Of a stretch of DNA of 64,000 nt, positions 1 through 10,840 are shown one piece after another. Made by a program: the position numbers and the translations under genes. The stretch covers positions 360,409 to 424,408 of the forward strand of contig CAZFGX010000001.1 of NCBI GenBank assembly GCA_964518565.1, read 5' to 3'. The notes beneath the pieces were generated by a model. That model saw nothing but the letters and a program-made list of their open reading frames with translations, was not told the origin of the DNA and did not search any database. How positions within the stretch are numbered: position 1 is the first letter of the stretch; each line of letters opens with the position of its first letter. Origin of the DNA: an uncultured Gammaproteobacteria bacterium. Its GTDB lineage: Bacteria; Patescibacteriota; Microgenomatia; CAZETR01; Amesbacteraceae.

Positions 1-762
1 TCTCCGGGGCCTATGACCAAAACAGTTACAGATGCTCAAACACTTTTGGATATTATTACTGGCCAAGATCCTTACGATGCCACAACATCAGCCAATAAGC
101 CGGTATTACAAAAAGAAAAAAAATTGCGGCTAGGTTTACCAAAAGAGTATTTGCTAAGCAATATGCGTTCGGAAGTGAAAACATGTATATTATCCGCTGC
201 CAAGCAGTTCGAAAGTCTTGGCGCATCAGTCGAAGAAATATCTCTTCTAGATCCGAAATATTCGATAGGTGTGTATACAATTATCCAGCGCAGTGAAGTT
301 AGTTCAAATCTGGGTCGATATGATGGTATTCGCTATGGGGGCACGCGAGATGAATTTGGAACTGAAGCTAAGCGTCGAATTATGCTGGGAACTTACGCAT
401 TATCTTCAGGTTATTATGATCAGTATTACAAAAAAGCCCAAAAAGTGAGAACATTAATTATGAGAGATTTTGCAAAGGCGTTCGAATCTGTAGACCTGAT
501 TATTGGCCCCACATCCCCAGGTCCCGCTTTGGCCAAGGGTGCCAGTAAAGACAATCCTATGTTTGGGGAAATGGAAGATATGCTTGTAGAAGCGAGTAGT
601 ATTGCTGGATTACCAGGCATTAATATTCCAGCAGGTTTTGTAGATGGACTACCAATTGGCTTACAAATTATGGGCCCTCAGTGGAGTGAATCTTTGATTG
701 TTCAAACTGCAAACCTCTACCAACAATCGACTGCCTGGCACCATGAAAGACCAACACTTTAA
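1..762 (+). CDS. gatA: Asp-tRNA(Asn)/Glu-tRNA(Gln) amidotransferase subunit A, 5'-truncated by window edge
   Basis: SEVSSNLGRYDGIRYG, EAKRRIMLGTYALSSGYYDQYY and GLPIGLQ motifs; gatB nearby. Confidence 0.97.
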   Translation, partial: SPGPMTKTVTDAQTLLDIITGQDPYDATTSANKPVLQKEKKLRLGLPKEYLLSNMRSEVKTCILSAAKQFESLGASVEEISLLDPKYSIGVYTIIQRSEVSSNLGRYDGIRYGGTRDEFGTEAKRRIMLGTYALSSGYYDQYYKKAQKVRTLIMRDFAKAFESVDLIIGPTSPGPALAKGASKDNPMFGEMEDMLVEASSIAGLPGINIPAGFVDGLPIGLQIMGPQWSESLIVQTANLYQQSTAWHHERPTL

Positions 763-1981
763 ACAAGTATTCAAAAACAAAAACTTCCTCAAGCTCTGGG
801 CGACGCAAATGTTGTCCCAATTTACGATTCAAATTATGAATTTTTATATTTTGACTCGGATTTATGCAATTACCCATTCCACCATTGCTGTTTCCCTTAT
901 GTGGGTAGCAGGATCGTTACCTGCGCTTATGTTTGGACCGTTTTCTGGGGCAATTGTAGATAGTTTCAGTCGCCGAAAAATTATGATTATTACCAATATC
1001 CTTCAAGCAATCGTAGTCGCATTGTTGCTGATAAACAATCATCGTATTTTTTATCTATACACCATCGTATTTTTATATTGGCTATTAGACCAGTTCTATT
1101 TTCCTAGCCAACAAGCCAGTGCTCCAGCGCTTATCGCTAAAGAAAGTTTACCAGCTGCCAATGGTCTATTTCTCTTGACCCAACAAGCATCTGTTCTCAT
1201 AGGATTCGGCCTGGGGGGGATAATGTTGACCTTTTTAGGACCAAAAATCACAATACTTATTGCCGTCGTTAATTTAGTTCTAGCAACATTTGCAGTTTAC
1301 TATCTACCTAAAGATAAACCCCATACGAACTTGATGGAAAAAGATTTTAGCCAGTTTTGGAAAGATTTTGTCGACGGTTATCATTTTATTCGCTCACAAA
1401 AAAATATTTTAGCCCCACTAATCGTCTTGATTATTGTTCAAGTATATATCTCAGTAATCTCTACTTTATTGCCTTCGTATACCTCAGAAGTCTTACATTT
1501 AAATCTAAATCAATCCAGTAGTCATCTGATAGTCCCTGGAGCCGTAGGTGCAGTTATTACTACCTATTTACTCCCAAATATTCTCAAACGTGTTCGTAAA
1601 AATCGTCTCGTTCTTTCTGGATTAAGTCTTGCCGGATTATGTCTGTTTGGTATGTCTGCCATCGATCTTATCCCTTGGGCCAAATCTTTGGCGGCAATCA
1701 CTTGTGCAATTGGTCTAGGAGTAGCTATTGCTATGATACTGGTGCCTACGCAATCTGTAGTTCAGGAAAAGACTCCAGCTTCGCTTCAAGGTCGAGTATA
1801 TGGCCATTTAGGATTTTTATTAATTTTAGCCACGACTGTGCCACTTATTCTTTCTGCTACTATCGCTGATTTGCTAGGAGTTGGTGTATTGATGGGAATT
1901 TTGGGTCTGCTATTATTAGCCGGCGTTACTGTTATTTATGTCAAAAAACTCCATGTCATGGCAAACGGTGCTCGGGTTTGA
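743..1981 (+). CDS. MFS transporter (DHA3/macrolide-efflux-like)
   Basis: About 12 hydrophobic segments, motif A GAIVDSFSRRK, QEKTP..LQGRVYG; start taken at ATG 743. Confidence 0.9.
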   Translation: MKDQHFKQVFKNKNFLKLWATQMLSQFTIQIMNFYILTRIYAITHSTIAVSLMWVAGSLPALMFGPFSGAIVDSFSRRKIMIITNILQAIVVALLLINNHRIFYLYTIVFLYWLLDQFYFPSQQASAPALIAKESLPAANGLFLLTQQASVLIGFGLGGIMLTFLGPKITILIAVVNLVLATFAVYYLPKDKPHTNLMEKDFSQFWKDFVDGYHFIRSQKNILAPLIVLIIVQVYISVISTLLPSYTSEVLHLNLNQSSSHLIVPGAVGAVITTYLLPNILKRVRKNRLVLSGLSLAGLCLFGMSAIDLIPWAKSLAAITCAIGLGVAIAMILVPTQSVVQEKTPASLQGRVYGHLGFLLILATTVPLILSATIADLLGVGVLMGILGLLLLAGVTVIYVKKLHVMANGARV

Positions 1982-3221
1982 AGTCCACGTCGAATTAGCT
2001 ACCGAGTCAAAAATGTTTTGCGGCTGTCCAGCCGATCATTTTTCTGCCCCGCCAAATTCTCAAACTTGCCCTGTTTGTCTCGGTCTACCCGGCGCCTTGC
2101 CTGTTCCAAATGCCAAGGCTATTCAGTGGTGTATTCAGCTAGGATTAGCTTTGGATTGCAAGATAAATTTAACCTCAAAGTTCGATCGGAAAAATTATTT
2201 TTATCCAGATCTGCCCAAGGCCTATCAAATTAGTCAATACGACCAACCGTTTTGTTTTGGTGGTTATTTAGATCTGCCTAGTTCAGGTAAGCGTATTCGT
2301 ATTACTCGAGTTCATATGGAAGAAGATACCGGTAAACTGCAGCACTCAGGCGATAAAACTCTTATAGATTTCAATCGCTCCAGTGTACCCTTGGTCGAAA
2401 TTGTAACCGAACCAGACTTTAACAATCCTGAAGATGGTATAGAGTTTCTGAAAGAAGTCCAACAAATTATCCGTAGTCTAAAAATCTCTACTGCAGACAT
2501 GGAAAAAGGATCTATGCGTCTAGAAGCCAATATTTCCGTTCGCCCCTCAGGTCAAATCGAACTACCAAATTACAAAGTCGAAGTAAAAAATGTCAATTCA
2601 TTTCGTTTTATCAAAAAAGCCATTGAATACGAAGTAGATCGCCAGACAAAACTTTTAGAAGCAGGCGAAACACCAGATCAAGAAACCCGTGGTTTCAATG
2701 AATCAAAAGGTGAGACGGTCAGCCAACGCCGCAAAGAAAACGCCCATGACTACCGCTATTTCCCTGAGCCCGACATCCCGCCAATTGTATTTAATAAAGA
2801 ACAGATTGAGACTTGGAAGTCTGAACTCCCCGAACTCCCCGCCACGATTCGTCAAAAGCTTGTTTCGTTAGGAGTATCAGTCAATGTTGCAACGACATTA
2901 GTATCCTTACCTATGAGATTGGCTAAATTTTATGAACTCACTCAATTATCAAAAGAATATAAAGCAATCGCGGATCTTGTTGCTAACGCTCCCGAAGATA
3001 AAGTTGAATCAATTCAATACACCAAAAAAACTTTCATTACCGATGAGTCGATTATTCGTCCACTTGTAGACCAAATAATCAGTGCCAATCCCAAGGCTGT
3101 GGCAGATATTAAATCAGGCAAAACCCAAGTGATGTTTTTTTTAATTGGTCAAATCAAGAAACAACAGCCAGATATCGACATCGAAATAACTCAAAAAATT
3201 ATTCAAGAATTAATTGACTAA
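1938..3221 (+). CDS. gatB: Asp-tRNA(Asn)/Glu-tRNA(Gln) amidotransferase subunit B
   Basis: GFEVHVEL, CPVCLGLPGALP, FDRKNYFYPDLPK, DYRYFPEPD; start may be ATG 1953. Confidence 0.97.
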   Translation: MSKNSMSWQTVLGFEVHVELATESKMFCGCPADHFSAPPNSQTCPVCLGLPGALPVPNAKAIQWCIQLGLALDCKINLTSKFDRKNYFYPDLPKAYQISQYDQPFCFGGYLDLPSSGKRIRITRVHMEEDTGKLQHSGDKTLIDFNRSSVPLVEIVTEPDFNNPEDGIEFLKEVQQIIRSLKISTADMEKGSMRLEANISVRPSGQIELPNYKVEVKNVNSFRFIKKAIEYEVDRQTKLLEAGETPDQETRGFNESKGETVSQRRKENAHDYRYFPEPDIPPIVFNKEQIETWKSELPELPATIRQKLVSLGVSVNVATTLVSLPMRLAKFYELTQLSKEYKAIADLVANAPEDKVESIQYTKKTFITDESIIRPLVDQIISANPKAVADIKSGKTQVMFFLIGQIKKQQPDIDIEITQKIIQELID

Positions 3222-3224
3222 TTC

Positions 3225-3611
3225 ATGCCGAAATTTCACTTCAATAAATTAGTTCGCGACAAAATTCCTGAACAAATGGTGGCTGCAGGGGATACGCCTC
3301 ACGGAAAAACACTTGATCCAGAACAAACAATTACCGAACTAGTCAGAAAATTGGCCGAAGAAACCTCTGAACTCCAAACTGCCTCCTCCCAAGAAGTCAC
3401 AAATGAACTGGCAGATATCCAAGAAATTGTCGATGCTATTCGGGATAATCTGGGTATTACCCCGGATCAGCTCAAAGATGCCCAAGACCATAAAAGACAA
3501 CTAAGAGGAGGCTATCAATTACGTAAATATATCAGTTGGGTTCAGGTCAACAAGGATTCTGTGTGGCTAAAATACCTTCGGCAATCGCCCAAAAAATACC
3601 CCGAAGAATAA
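3225..3611 (+). CDS. MazG-like NTP pyrophosphohydrolase (house-cleaning)
   Basis: NKLVRDKIP N-terminus and KLAEE..E...ELADIQE acidic motif. Confidence 0.8.
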   Translation: MPKFHFNKLVRDKIPEQMVAAGDTPHGKTLDPEQTITELVRKLAEETSELQTASSQEVTNELADIQEIVDAIRDNLGITPDQLKDAQDHKRQLRGGYQLRKYISWVQVNKDSVWLKYLRQSPKKYPEE

Positions 3612-3616
3612 CCGAA
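3601..3616. promoter_or_regulatory. Candidate LexA box (CCGAA-N6-CCGAA direct repeat)
   Basis: CCGAAGAATAACCGAA just upstream of TTGACG-N17-CAACAT; same layout as the repeat in the lexA promoter. Confidence 0.5.
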
Positions 3617-3660
3617 ATATAAGTCTTGACGAAATCCTATTCTGCTGTCAACATGGACAT

Positions 3661-3849
3661 ATGACTAGCCACACAATTCTTGAAGAGACCATCACAAAAT
3701 CACTCAAACCGATGATGAAAAAAATAAATACACTAAATAAAAAACTCGACATTATCATCGACCACTTCGACCGAAGAGTAATTGATGTTGACAAACGACT
3801 GATAAAAGTAAAAAAACAAGTAGGGTTAGATACAAACCCATATATTTAA
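3661..3849 (+). CDS. Small coiled-coil hypothetical protein
   Basis: 62 aa with heptad pattern; promoter-like elements directly upstream. Confidence 0.6.
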   Translation: MTSHTILEETITKSLKPMMKKINTLNKKLDIIIDHFDRRVIDVDKRLIKVKKQVGLDTNPYI

Positions 3850-3884
3850 TTTTAGAAACAGCCGTTAATCGACTGAAAACAACT

Positions 3885-6800
3885 ATGGCCAGCAATTTTA
3901 TTCATCTTCATTGTCATACCGAATATTCGCTTCTTGACGGGCTTTCTAAGGTCAAAAAATTGGTCAAACGTGTTAAAGAACTGGAAATGCCAGCTCTGGC
4001 CATGACTGATCACGGGGTTATGTATGGAGCCATTGAGTTTTATAAAGAATGTCAAAAAGAAGGCGTCAAGCCATTGATCGGTTGTGAAATATATACGGTT
4101 AATTTCGACCACACGAAACGTGAAGGAAAAGGAGAAAACAACCATTTAATCCTCATTGCTAAAGATCATGAAGGCTATAAAAATTTAATGAAAATTTCCT
4201 CAATCGCTCATACAGAAGGCTTTTATTACAAACCCCGAATTAGCAAAGATATCTTACGCCAATATGCCAAAGGGCTATTGTGTACCTCTGCTTGTCCCAA
4301 GGGCGAAATTGCCGAATTAATCGAAGCCGGCAATATAGACGAAACTAAAAAAGCAATCTCTTGGTATCAGGATACATTCGGAGCCGAAAATTATTATTTA
4401 GAAATTCAACGCCATCAATATAAAAATCATTTTGAAGCCGTCAAATCTAATCCAAAAATTCTGGACCGTCTGCAAAAGCTCCAATCTGGTGAAGATGTCT
4501 GGGTCAAGACTCTTATTAATCTTAGTCGCGAGTTAGGTGTTCCTCTCGTAGCCACCAATGACGCGCACTATATCAAACAATCTGACGCCAAAGCCCAAGA
4601 TGCCTTAGTCTGTATCTCTACTGGAAAAAATGTGTCGGATCTTGAACGTATACGCTATATCGACGCCCCTGCATTTTTCGTGACCTCAGAACAAGAAATG
4701 CAGTCCCTCTTTCCAGATGTACCAGATGCCCTGACTAACACACTTAAAGCTGCCGATTCTATTGATTTGCAAATAGAGCTTGGTAAGTGGTATTTCCCCC
4801 AAATCGAACTTCCTGAGGGTAAAGATGCTGGTACTCAGCTTAGATATCTCTGTGACCAGCGTTTGCCAGAACGCTATACAAATATCACTCCTGAACTCGA
4901 GCAACGTATGGAATTTGAATTGGAGGTTATTTGTACAAAAGGCTATGCCTCATACTTTTTGATGCTTTCAGACTTGGTGAACTGGTGTACTGATAACGGA
5001 ATAATCACCAATACCCGAGGTTCAGCTGCCGGCTCAATGGTCTCATTTGTTATGGGTATTACCACCGTCGATCCGATCAAATACCAATTACCTTTTGAAC
5101 GTTTTCTCAATCCTTTCCGACCTTCGCCGCCTGACATAGATCTTGATATTGCTGATGACCGGCGTGAAGAGCTCATTGCCTATGTGACTCAAAAATTTGG
5201 CAAAGACAAAGTGGCTCAAATTTGTACCTTTGGTCGAATGTTGGCCAGAGCTGCTGTTCGTGATGTGGCGCGAGTACTCGGACACCCGTATGCTGTTGGC
5301 GATAGAATCGCCAAGGTCATCCCTCAAGGTGCTCAGGGTTTTCCCATGACATTTGAACGAGCGCTCAACGAAGCTCCAGAATTTCGCACCATGTATGACA
5401 CAGACCCAGTAGTAAAAGAGATTATTGATTTAGCTCGCGATATTGAAGGTAATGCTCGTCATTCATCTGTTCATGCAGCTGGTACCGTGGTTTCGCCCAG
5501 TGATATGCGCGATTTTACCCCTCTTCAGCTCGAACCTAGTGGTGAAAAAATTATCACCCAATACGAAATGCATGCCTGCGAAGACGTGGGGTTGGTGAAA
5601 TTCGATATTCTTGGTATCCGCAATTTATCTATTCTAGGGGCTGCTCGGGATATCGTTCAAAAATCCCGCGATATCAAAATCGATCTCCGTCAAATCCCAG
5701 TAGACGACAAAAAAACCTTTACCATGCTGGCGCGAGGCGATACTATGGGAACATTTCAGCTGGGTGGCTCCGGTATGACCAAGTGGCTCAAAGAGCTCAA
5801 GCCTAACCGGGTCGAAGATATCATGGTCATGATCGCTCTATTTCGTCCAGGTCCTATGGACAATATTTCAGAATTTATTTCGCGCAAACAAGGCAAAAAG
5901 GAAGTCGTCTACATGCACCCCAAAATGCAAAAGTTTTTGGACAAGTCCTACGGCGTGTTGGTATATCAGGACGATCTGCTCTATACCGCATTGGAGTTGG
6001 CAGGCTATGACTGGGGAGAAGTAGATAAGTTTCGCAAAGCAGTGGGCAAAAAAATCCCTGAAGAAATGGCCAAACAACATGTCAAATTCGTTGAAGGTTG
6101 TATAAAAAACTCTGGTCTTACAAATGAAGAAGCCGAAAAAATTTGGGATCTGTTCGTACCGTTCCAGGGATATGGCTTCAACAAAGCGCATGCTGCGAGT
6201 TACGGAATTATCTCTTACCGTACTGCGTACATGAAAGCCAATTACCCAGTCGAATACATGACAGCACTTCTTACTGCCGAAGCCGGCAATACAGATACAA
6301 TTGTCGAAGCTATTGAGGAATGCCGTCGTCTAGGTATCACAGTCCTTGCCCCGGATATCAATGCTTCTGAGACTGGTTTTACTATTGAACCAGACGAAAA
6401 GTCTCTAGATGGACGCGCAATACGTTTTGGCTTATCAGCTATCAAAAATGTTGGTTCTGTTGCGATCGATCTTATTTTACGCGCCCGCCAAGACAAACGA
6501 TTTGCCACTCTGACAGATTTTATCTTGCGAGTAGACAGTCAAAAAGTAAATCGTAAAGTCTTAGAAAGTCTGACTAAGGCCGGCGCCTTAGACGAATTTG
6601 GCAATCGAGCAGCTATTTTGGCAGGGCTAGATAAAATTCGCGAAAAAGGCATCTCAATATCCAAGGCCAAAGAGTCTGGTCAGTTTAGTTTGTTTGGTGA
6701 CGAAGATACTCAGCATGACACAGTCGACGCCTTACCAAATGTCCCTGAATTTGAAAAAGAACAACGCTTGAATTTAGAAAAAGAGTTATTAGGGTTTTAT

Positions 6801-7472
6801 CTGACCGAACATCCTCATGCTGAGAAACTAAATCAGATGCAAGATGTCACCTCCCACAAAATTACCGAGCTGTACGACGAAAGTTTCATGCGTCAGTATG
6901 TTACCGTTGGTGGTATTGTTGAACAGGTCCGTCAAGTTGTTACCAAGGCGAGTAACTTGCCTATGTGTTTCGCCAAATTGACAGATCTCAATCGTACAGT
7001 CGAGGTGGTCGTTTTCCCCAAAGTCTACGCCGTTACCTCTGCAGTTTGGAAACAAGATAATGTTGTAGTGGTCGCAGGCAAAATTGAGGTTCGTCAGGCT
7101 GCAGCTACCGATGATGACCAAGTCCAAGCCGAGCAAGAAGCCACTATTATTGCCGATACTGCTGCTATGTTTATAGGACCTGAGACTGAATTGCCCAAAA
7201 TACCCACCAATCGAAGATCTGGCTTTGTTTCTACTCCTGCGCCAGTAGTCGAGCGAGTGGTAATTGAAAGACCAATCGTCATAGAAATCCCCAAGGGTAC
7301 GCCACAAAACACACTAGTCGAGCTCAACACGCTGTTGCAAAATTCCAAAGGCAACCGTAAAGCCTCTTTATCATTTATCAATGGTGCCAATACTCGCAAT
7401 ATAGATCTCCCATACCCTCTCGCTTGGGACGAAAGTTTGGCCCAAAAAATTAAGACATTGCTAGGCATGTAG
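3885..7472 (+). CDS. dnaE: DNA polymerase III alpha subunit
   Basis: PHP motif HLHCHTEYSLLDG, RGSAAGS, PDIDLD, YGFNKAHA, OB fold. Confidence 0.98.
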   Translation: MASNFIHLHCHTEYSLLDGLSKVKKLVKRVKELEMPALAMTDHGVMYGAIEFYKECQKEGVKPLIGCEIYTVNFDHTKREGKGENNHLILIAKDHEGYKNLMKISSIAHTEGFYYKPRISKDILRQYAKGLLCTSACPKGEIAELIEAGNIDETKKAISWYQDTFGAENYYLEIQRHQYKNHFEAVKSNPKILDRLQKLQSGEDVWVKTLINLSRELGVPLVATNDAHYIKQSDAKAQDALVCISTGKNVSDLERIRYIDAPAFFVTSEQEMQSLFPDVPDALTNTLKAADSIDLQIELGKWYFPQIELPEGKDAGTQLRYLCDQRLPERYTNITPELEQRMEFELEVICTKGYASYFLMLSDLVNWCTDNGIITNTRGSAAGSMVSFVMGITTVDPIKYQLPFERFLNPFRPSPPDIDLDIADDRREELIAYVTQKFGKDKVAQICTFGRMLARAAVRDVARVLGHPYAVGDRIAKVIPQGAQGFPMTFERALNEAPEFRTMYDTDPVVKEIIDLARDIEGNARHSSVHAAGTVVSPSDMRDFTPLQLEPSGEKIITQYEMHACEDVGLVKFDILGIRNLSILGAARDIVQKSRDIKIDLRQIPVDDKKTFTMLARGDTMGTFQLGGSGMTKWLKELKPNRVEDIMVMIALFRPGPMDNISEFISRKQGKKEVVYMHPKMQKFLDKSYGVLVYQDDLLYTALELAGYDWGEVDKFRKAVGKKIPEEMAKQHVKFVEGCIKNSGLTNEEAEKIWDLFVPFQGYGFNKAHAASYGIISYRTAYMKANYPVEYMTALLTAEAGNTDTIVEAIEECRRLGITVLAPDINASETGFTIEPDEKSLDGRAIRFGLSAIKNVGSVAIDLILRARQDKRFATLTDFILRVDSQKVNRKVLESLTKAGALDEFGNRAAILAGLDKIREKGISISKAKESGQFSLFGDEDTQHDTVDALPNVPEFEKEQRLNLEKELLGFYLTEHPHAEKLNQMQDVTSHKITELYDESFMRQYVTVGGIVEQVRQVVTKASNLPMCFAKLTDLNRTVEVVVFPKVYAVTSAVWKQDNVVVVAGKIEVRQAAATDDDQVQAEQEATIIADTAAMFIGPETELPKIPTNRRSGFVSTPAPVVERVVIERPIVIEIPKGTPQNTLVELNTLLQNSKGNRKASLSFINGANTRNIDLPYPLAWDESLAQKIKTLLGM

Positions 7473-7496
7473 TTCTATAGTAAAATACTCCCTATT

Positions 7497-7826
7497 ATGG
7501 CTATTTCTCTATCCATCAAAGATACTCCAGTTCATATTGGCGATCTTGTTCGTGTACACCAACGTATTCTCGAGGCTGAAAATAAAGAACGTATTCAAAT
7601 TTTTGAAGGCTTGGTAATCAAGATTCGTGGTCGTGGAGATAGTAAAACCTTCACCGTCAGAAAAACCGGCGCCAACAATATCGGAGTAGAAAAAATCTTC
7701 CCCGTAAATTCTCCTTGGATTGCCAAAATGGAAGTTAAAAAAACTGGTCACGTCCGCCGAGCCAAGTTGTACTATATTCGCGAAAAATCAGCCCGCCAAA
7801 TCGCCACGATTACCCAACAGGCATGA
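7497..7826 (+). CDS. rplS: 50S ribosomal protein L19
   Basis: [31 protein letters not shown]. Confidence 0.97.
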   Translation: MAISLSIKDTPVHIGDLVRVHQRILEAENKERIQIFEGLVIKIRGRGDSKTFTVRKTGANNIGVEKIFPVNSPWIAKMEVKKTGHVRRAKLYYIREKSARQIATITQQA

Positions 7827-9451
7827 AATCGCGTCTGCTTGTCTTAAGCAGCATTCTTCTTCTCGCTATCTTCCTTCGTTTTTTCTCTCTTTCGCATACG
7901 CCAAATGGGTTTTATTGGGATGAAATAGATGTCGGCTTCCAAGCCAGATCTTTACTAGAGACTGGCAGAGACTATTTTGGAAATCCCTTGCCCCTCTTTT
8001 TACACTCAATGGCCGATTACCGTGCCCCGGTTTTGCTATATAGTGCAGTCCTCCCCAGTAAACTTTTTGGTTTTACGGTATTTAGTACTCGTCTTGTGCC
8101 CGTTATTTGGGGAATATTGGGTATCGCAGCTGCTTATGTATTGGGACAGAGCTTTCGTAAATCAGGTCTTATTTTTTCTTTCGTCATGGCAGTTAGTGTT
8201 TGGCATCTTCAGTATTCTCGTGTCGCCCAAGAACCTGTTGCCATGATTACTTGTCTCCTCATAGCAGCAGCAGCTTGGCAAAAAAGCCGTCAAAAGCCCA
8301 TTTGGTTTACTATTTCACTAGTATTTTTTGGCCTTAGCTTGTTGGCATATAGCACCGCCAAACTTTTTGTTCCTCTCTGGCTAGTAGTATTGGCTATCTG
8401 GTGCCGGCCAAAAAAAATAAGCCGGTTAGGTATTTTTGCATTCTTTTTAATTGCCATCCCGGTAGGGCTAGATTCGCTATTTGGTCACAGCGGCATGCGC
8501 TTTCACGACTTGGCCGTCTATACCAACCCAGTAGTGCCAACAGAAATCGATCAAAAACGTCTAGAAACTCAGATAGGACTAAAAAATCAGCGTACAGTCG
8601 GTATATCGCCGAGTTTGGCAGATAAATTTGCTTACAACAAGCCGGAAGAATGGGTGAGTACAATTTCCAAAAATTATCTTAGTGCTTTTTCGTCTGACTT
8701 TTTGTTTATTAAAGGAGACGTTCAACTTCGTCATTCACCGTCCAGTAACTCTATTGGCATGCTATTTGCCATAGAATCAATTGCATTAATTATTGGTCTA
8801 TTTGCCACACGCCAGCTTTCAAAGCCTCAAAAGATTTTTTTGCTTTCTTGGATCCTTCTTGCTCCATTACCCGCTAGTCTCACGCGAGACGGTTTTGCTC
8901 ATGCTGGACGTCTAATGATACTCATGCCAGCACTTCTGCTTTTAGTCGGACTGGGGCTAAAATCTCTTGCCAATTATAAATTCTTCCGTACTGTCTTTTG
9001 GCTTATTTATATAGCGACAATTGCCAATACGTATTATTTTTATTTTTCCAGATATCGATTGGAATCTGCTATTCCATTCCAATATGCCCACATTCAAGCG
9101 GCCAACGCTGCTATAGCCAAAACAGTGGAATCTGATCAGGTTATTCTAGATATGGCCGACGATTCTGGCCTGATGGCCTACATCTTTGCCAGTCATGTGA
9201 CACCAGCTCAGTTTCAAGCGAACCTGCCTTTAAAATATGTCGAAATAACCCCTGATATTCGTGGCTACGCATTTGGAAAACTTGTAGTGTTAGAACCAGG
9301 CAAACGCAATTGGACCGATCAAAAATTCAAAACCAAAACCTATATCGTCGCTTCCGCCAAAGAGCCGCTTCTGGACACATATCAACCCAAGCCAGACCAA
9401 ATCAATTATCCCGACGGTACGCCTGCGTTCTATCTCTTTTCTTCTAAGTAG
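7823..9451 (+). CDS. GT-C/ArnT-PMT family (GT39-like) membrane glycosyltransferase
   Basis: LRFFSL..P.GFYWDE N-terminal motif and many TM helices; family is common in CPR. Confidence 0.85.
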   Translation: MKSRLLVLSSILLLAIFLRFFSLSHTPNGFYWDEIDVGFQARSLLETGRDYFGNPLPLFLHSMADYRAPVLLYSAVLPSKLFGFTVFSTRLVPVIWGILGIAAAYVLGQSFRKSGLIFSFVMAVSVWHLQYSRVAQEPVAMITCLLIAAAAWQKSRQKPIWFTISLVFFGLSLLAYSTAKLFVPLWLVVLAIWCRPKKISRLGIFAFFLIAIPVGLDSLFGHSGMRFHDLAVYTNPVVPTEIDQKRLETQIGLKNQRTVGISPSLADKFAYNKPEEWVSTISKNYLSAFSSDFLFIKGDVQLRHSPSSNSIGMLFAIESIALIIGLFATRQLSKPQKIFLLSWILLAPLPASLTRDGFAHAGRLMILMPALLLLVGLGLKSLANYKFFRTVFWLIYIATIANTYYFYFSRYRLESAIPFQYAHIQAANAAIAKTVESDQVILDMADDSGLMAYIFASHVTPAQFQANLPLKYVEITPDIRGYAFGKLVVLEPGKRNWTDQKFKTKTYIVASAKEPLLDTYQPKPDQINYPDGTPAFYLFSSK

Positions 9452-10787
9452 TCACCTCATGCAGCAAGCCATTATTTAATCGCATTTGCCTCTGTACGCA
9501 CGCTCGGACTAAATGCTGGTCGTGTGAGACCAAAAGCAGAGTTCCTTCATATGTTTGTAAAAATCTTTCCAATGCCAAAACCGTTCGTAGATCTAGATGA
9601 TTGGTTGGTTCATCTAAGACCAAAATATCTGGATTGGTGGCCAAAAACTTTGCCAACTGCAAACGCGACTTTTGTCCGCCACTGAGCAATTTAATTGGTT
9701 GGCCAATTTGTGCCGCAGAAAACAAAAATTTTTTCAAATACGCAATTCCGTCATAATGATATATTCCCTTACTTTTTTGTAATTCCTCCAGAGGTGATAA
9801 TTGTTCATCTAATGCTGCCAAATGATCTTGGGCATAATACCCGATTCGTAGTCCTGAACCAATCTGCACAGTTCCAGAATCAGCCGATGTTTTGCCCACA
9901 ATAATATTAAGCAGAGTAGATTTCCCCGAACCGTTTGGAGCCGATATTGCTATCTTTTCACCACAAAACGCATGTAAATGCGTTCCATGTAACACATGAT
10001 TTTTGCTGTAAGACTTTTCCAATTTATCTATATACACCGCTGTTTTTTTGGCATGTTGATCTTGTATCTGAGTCTGCATGTGCACAGTCTTTTGCTCAGG
10101 TGGCTTTTCTACCATATCTCGTACCCAGCGGTCATACCGCTTTTCCGCACTGTGATATCGCCCGACAAATGCATCATTTGCTGCGGCCTGAACACGCAAT
10201 CGTTTGACCAGATCCAAAAGTCGCAATCGTTCTTTTTCTTGCACTTCCCACAAATGTTGCCGGCTGGCCATGGTATCTTCATAAATATCGCGAAATCTTT
10301 TATAGCCAAATGAATACGCCGTGACGATTGCTTCCTCCAAATGCCAAATATTATCCACTGCCTCCTCCAAAAAGGTTCTATCATGGGAAATCACTATCAC
10401 AATGCCCGAAAATTCTTTCACTAATTCCATAAACCACTGTTTGTGATCCAGATCTAGATGATTGTCCGGCTCATCCAAGAGTAAGACGTTTAAATCCGAA
10501 TAAAACAGTTCAGTAATCTTCAAAATTTTTTTCTCTCCACCTGATACATCAAAGCTATCTGACACAATTTCTTGCTCCAAATAGCCGATTTTGGTATCCT
10601 GGCTCCACAAAATTTCACCGCTATCAGCAGTTTCTCCTCCTGACAAAATTTTCAAAAGAGTCGATTTTCCAGATCCGTTGTCGCCAATCAATCCAATTTT
10701 CATCGTCCCCCGTGCCTGCAAATTCACCCCAGTAAACAGAGGTTGTACAAAACCTTTTGAAATAGTTTTTACCTGTAATTGAGCCAT
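9444..10787 (-). CDS. ABC-F family ATPase
   Basis: Two NBDs (GDNGSGKST/LDEPDNHLD and APNGSGKST/LSGGQ/LDEPTNHLD), helical linker, no TM segments. Confidence 0.93.
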   Translation of the reverse strand: MAQLQVKTISKGFVQPLFTGVNLQARGTMKIGLIGDNGSGKSTLLKILSGGETADSGEILWSQDTKIGYLEQEIVSDSFDVSGGEKKILKITELFYSDLNVLLLDEPDNHLDLDHKQWFMELVKEFSGIVIVISHDRTFLEEAVDNIWHLEEAIVTAYSFGYKRFRDIYEDTMASRQHLWEVQEKERLRLLDLVKRLRVQAAANDAFVGRYHSAEKRYDRWVRDMVEKPPEQKTVHMQTQIQDQHAKKTAVYIDKLEKSYSKNHVLHGTHLHAFCGEKIAISAPNGSGKSTLLNIIVGKTSADSGTVQIGSGLRIGYYAQDHLAALDEQLSPLEELQKSKGIYHYDGIAYLKKFLFSAAQIGQPIKLLSGGQKSRLQLAKFLATNPDILVLDEPTNHLDLRTVLALERFLQTYEGTLLLVSHDQHLVRACVQRQMRLNNGLLHEVTT

Positions 10788-10793
10788 AAAAAT

Positions 10794-10832
10794 AAAAAAA
10801 ATGCTGTGGGACAGAAATATCTATCCCACAGC
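10794..10832 (-). terminator. Intrinsic terminator
   Basis: GCTGTGGGA...TCCCACAGC stem followed by A and T8 on the minus strand. Confidence 0.8.
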
Positions 10833-10840
10833 TAGTCACA

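Noticed and set aside
3885-7472. Intein in dnaE
   Set aside because: The length is normal and there are no intein terminal or LAGLIDADG motifs.
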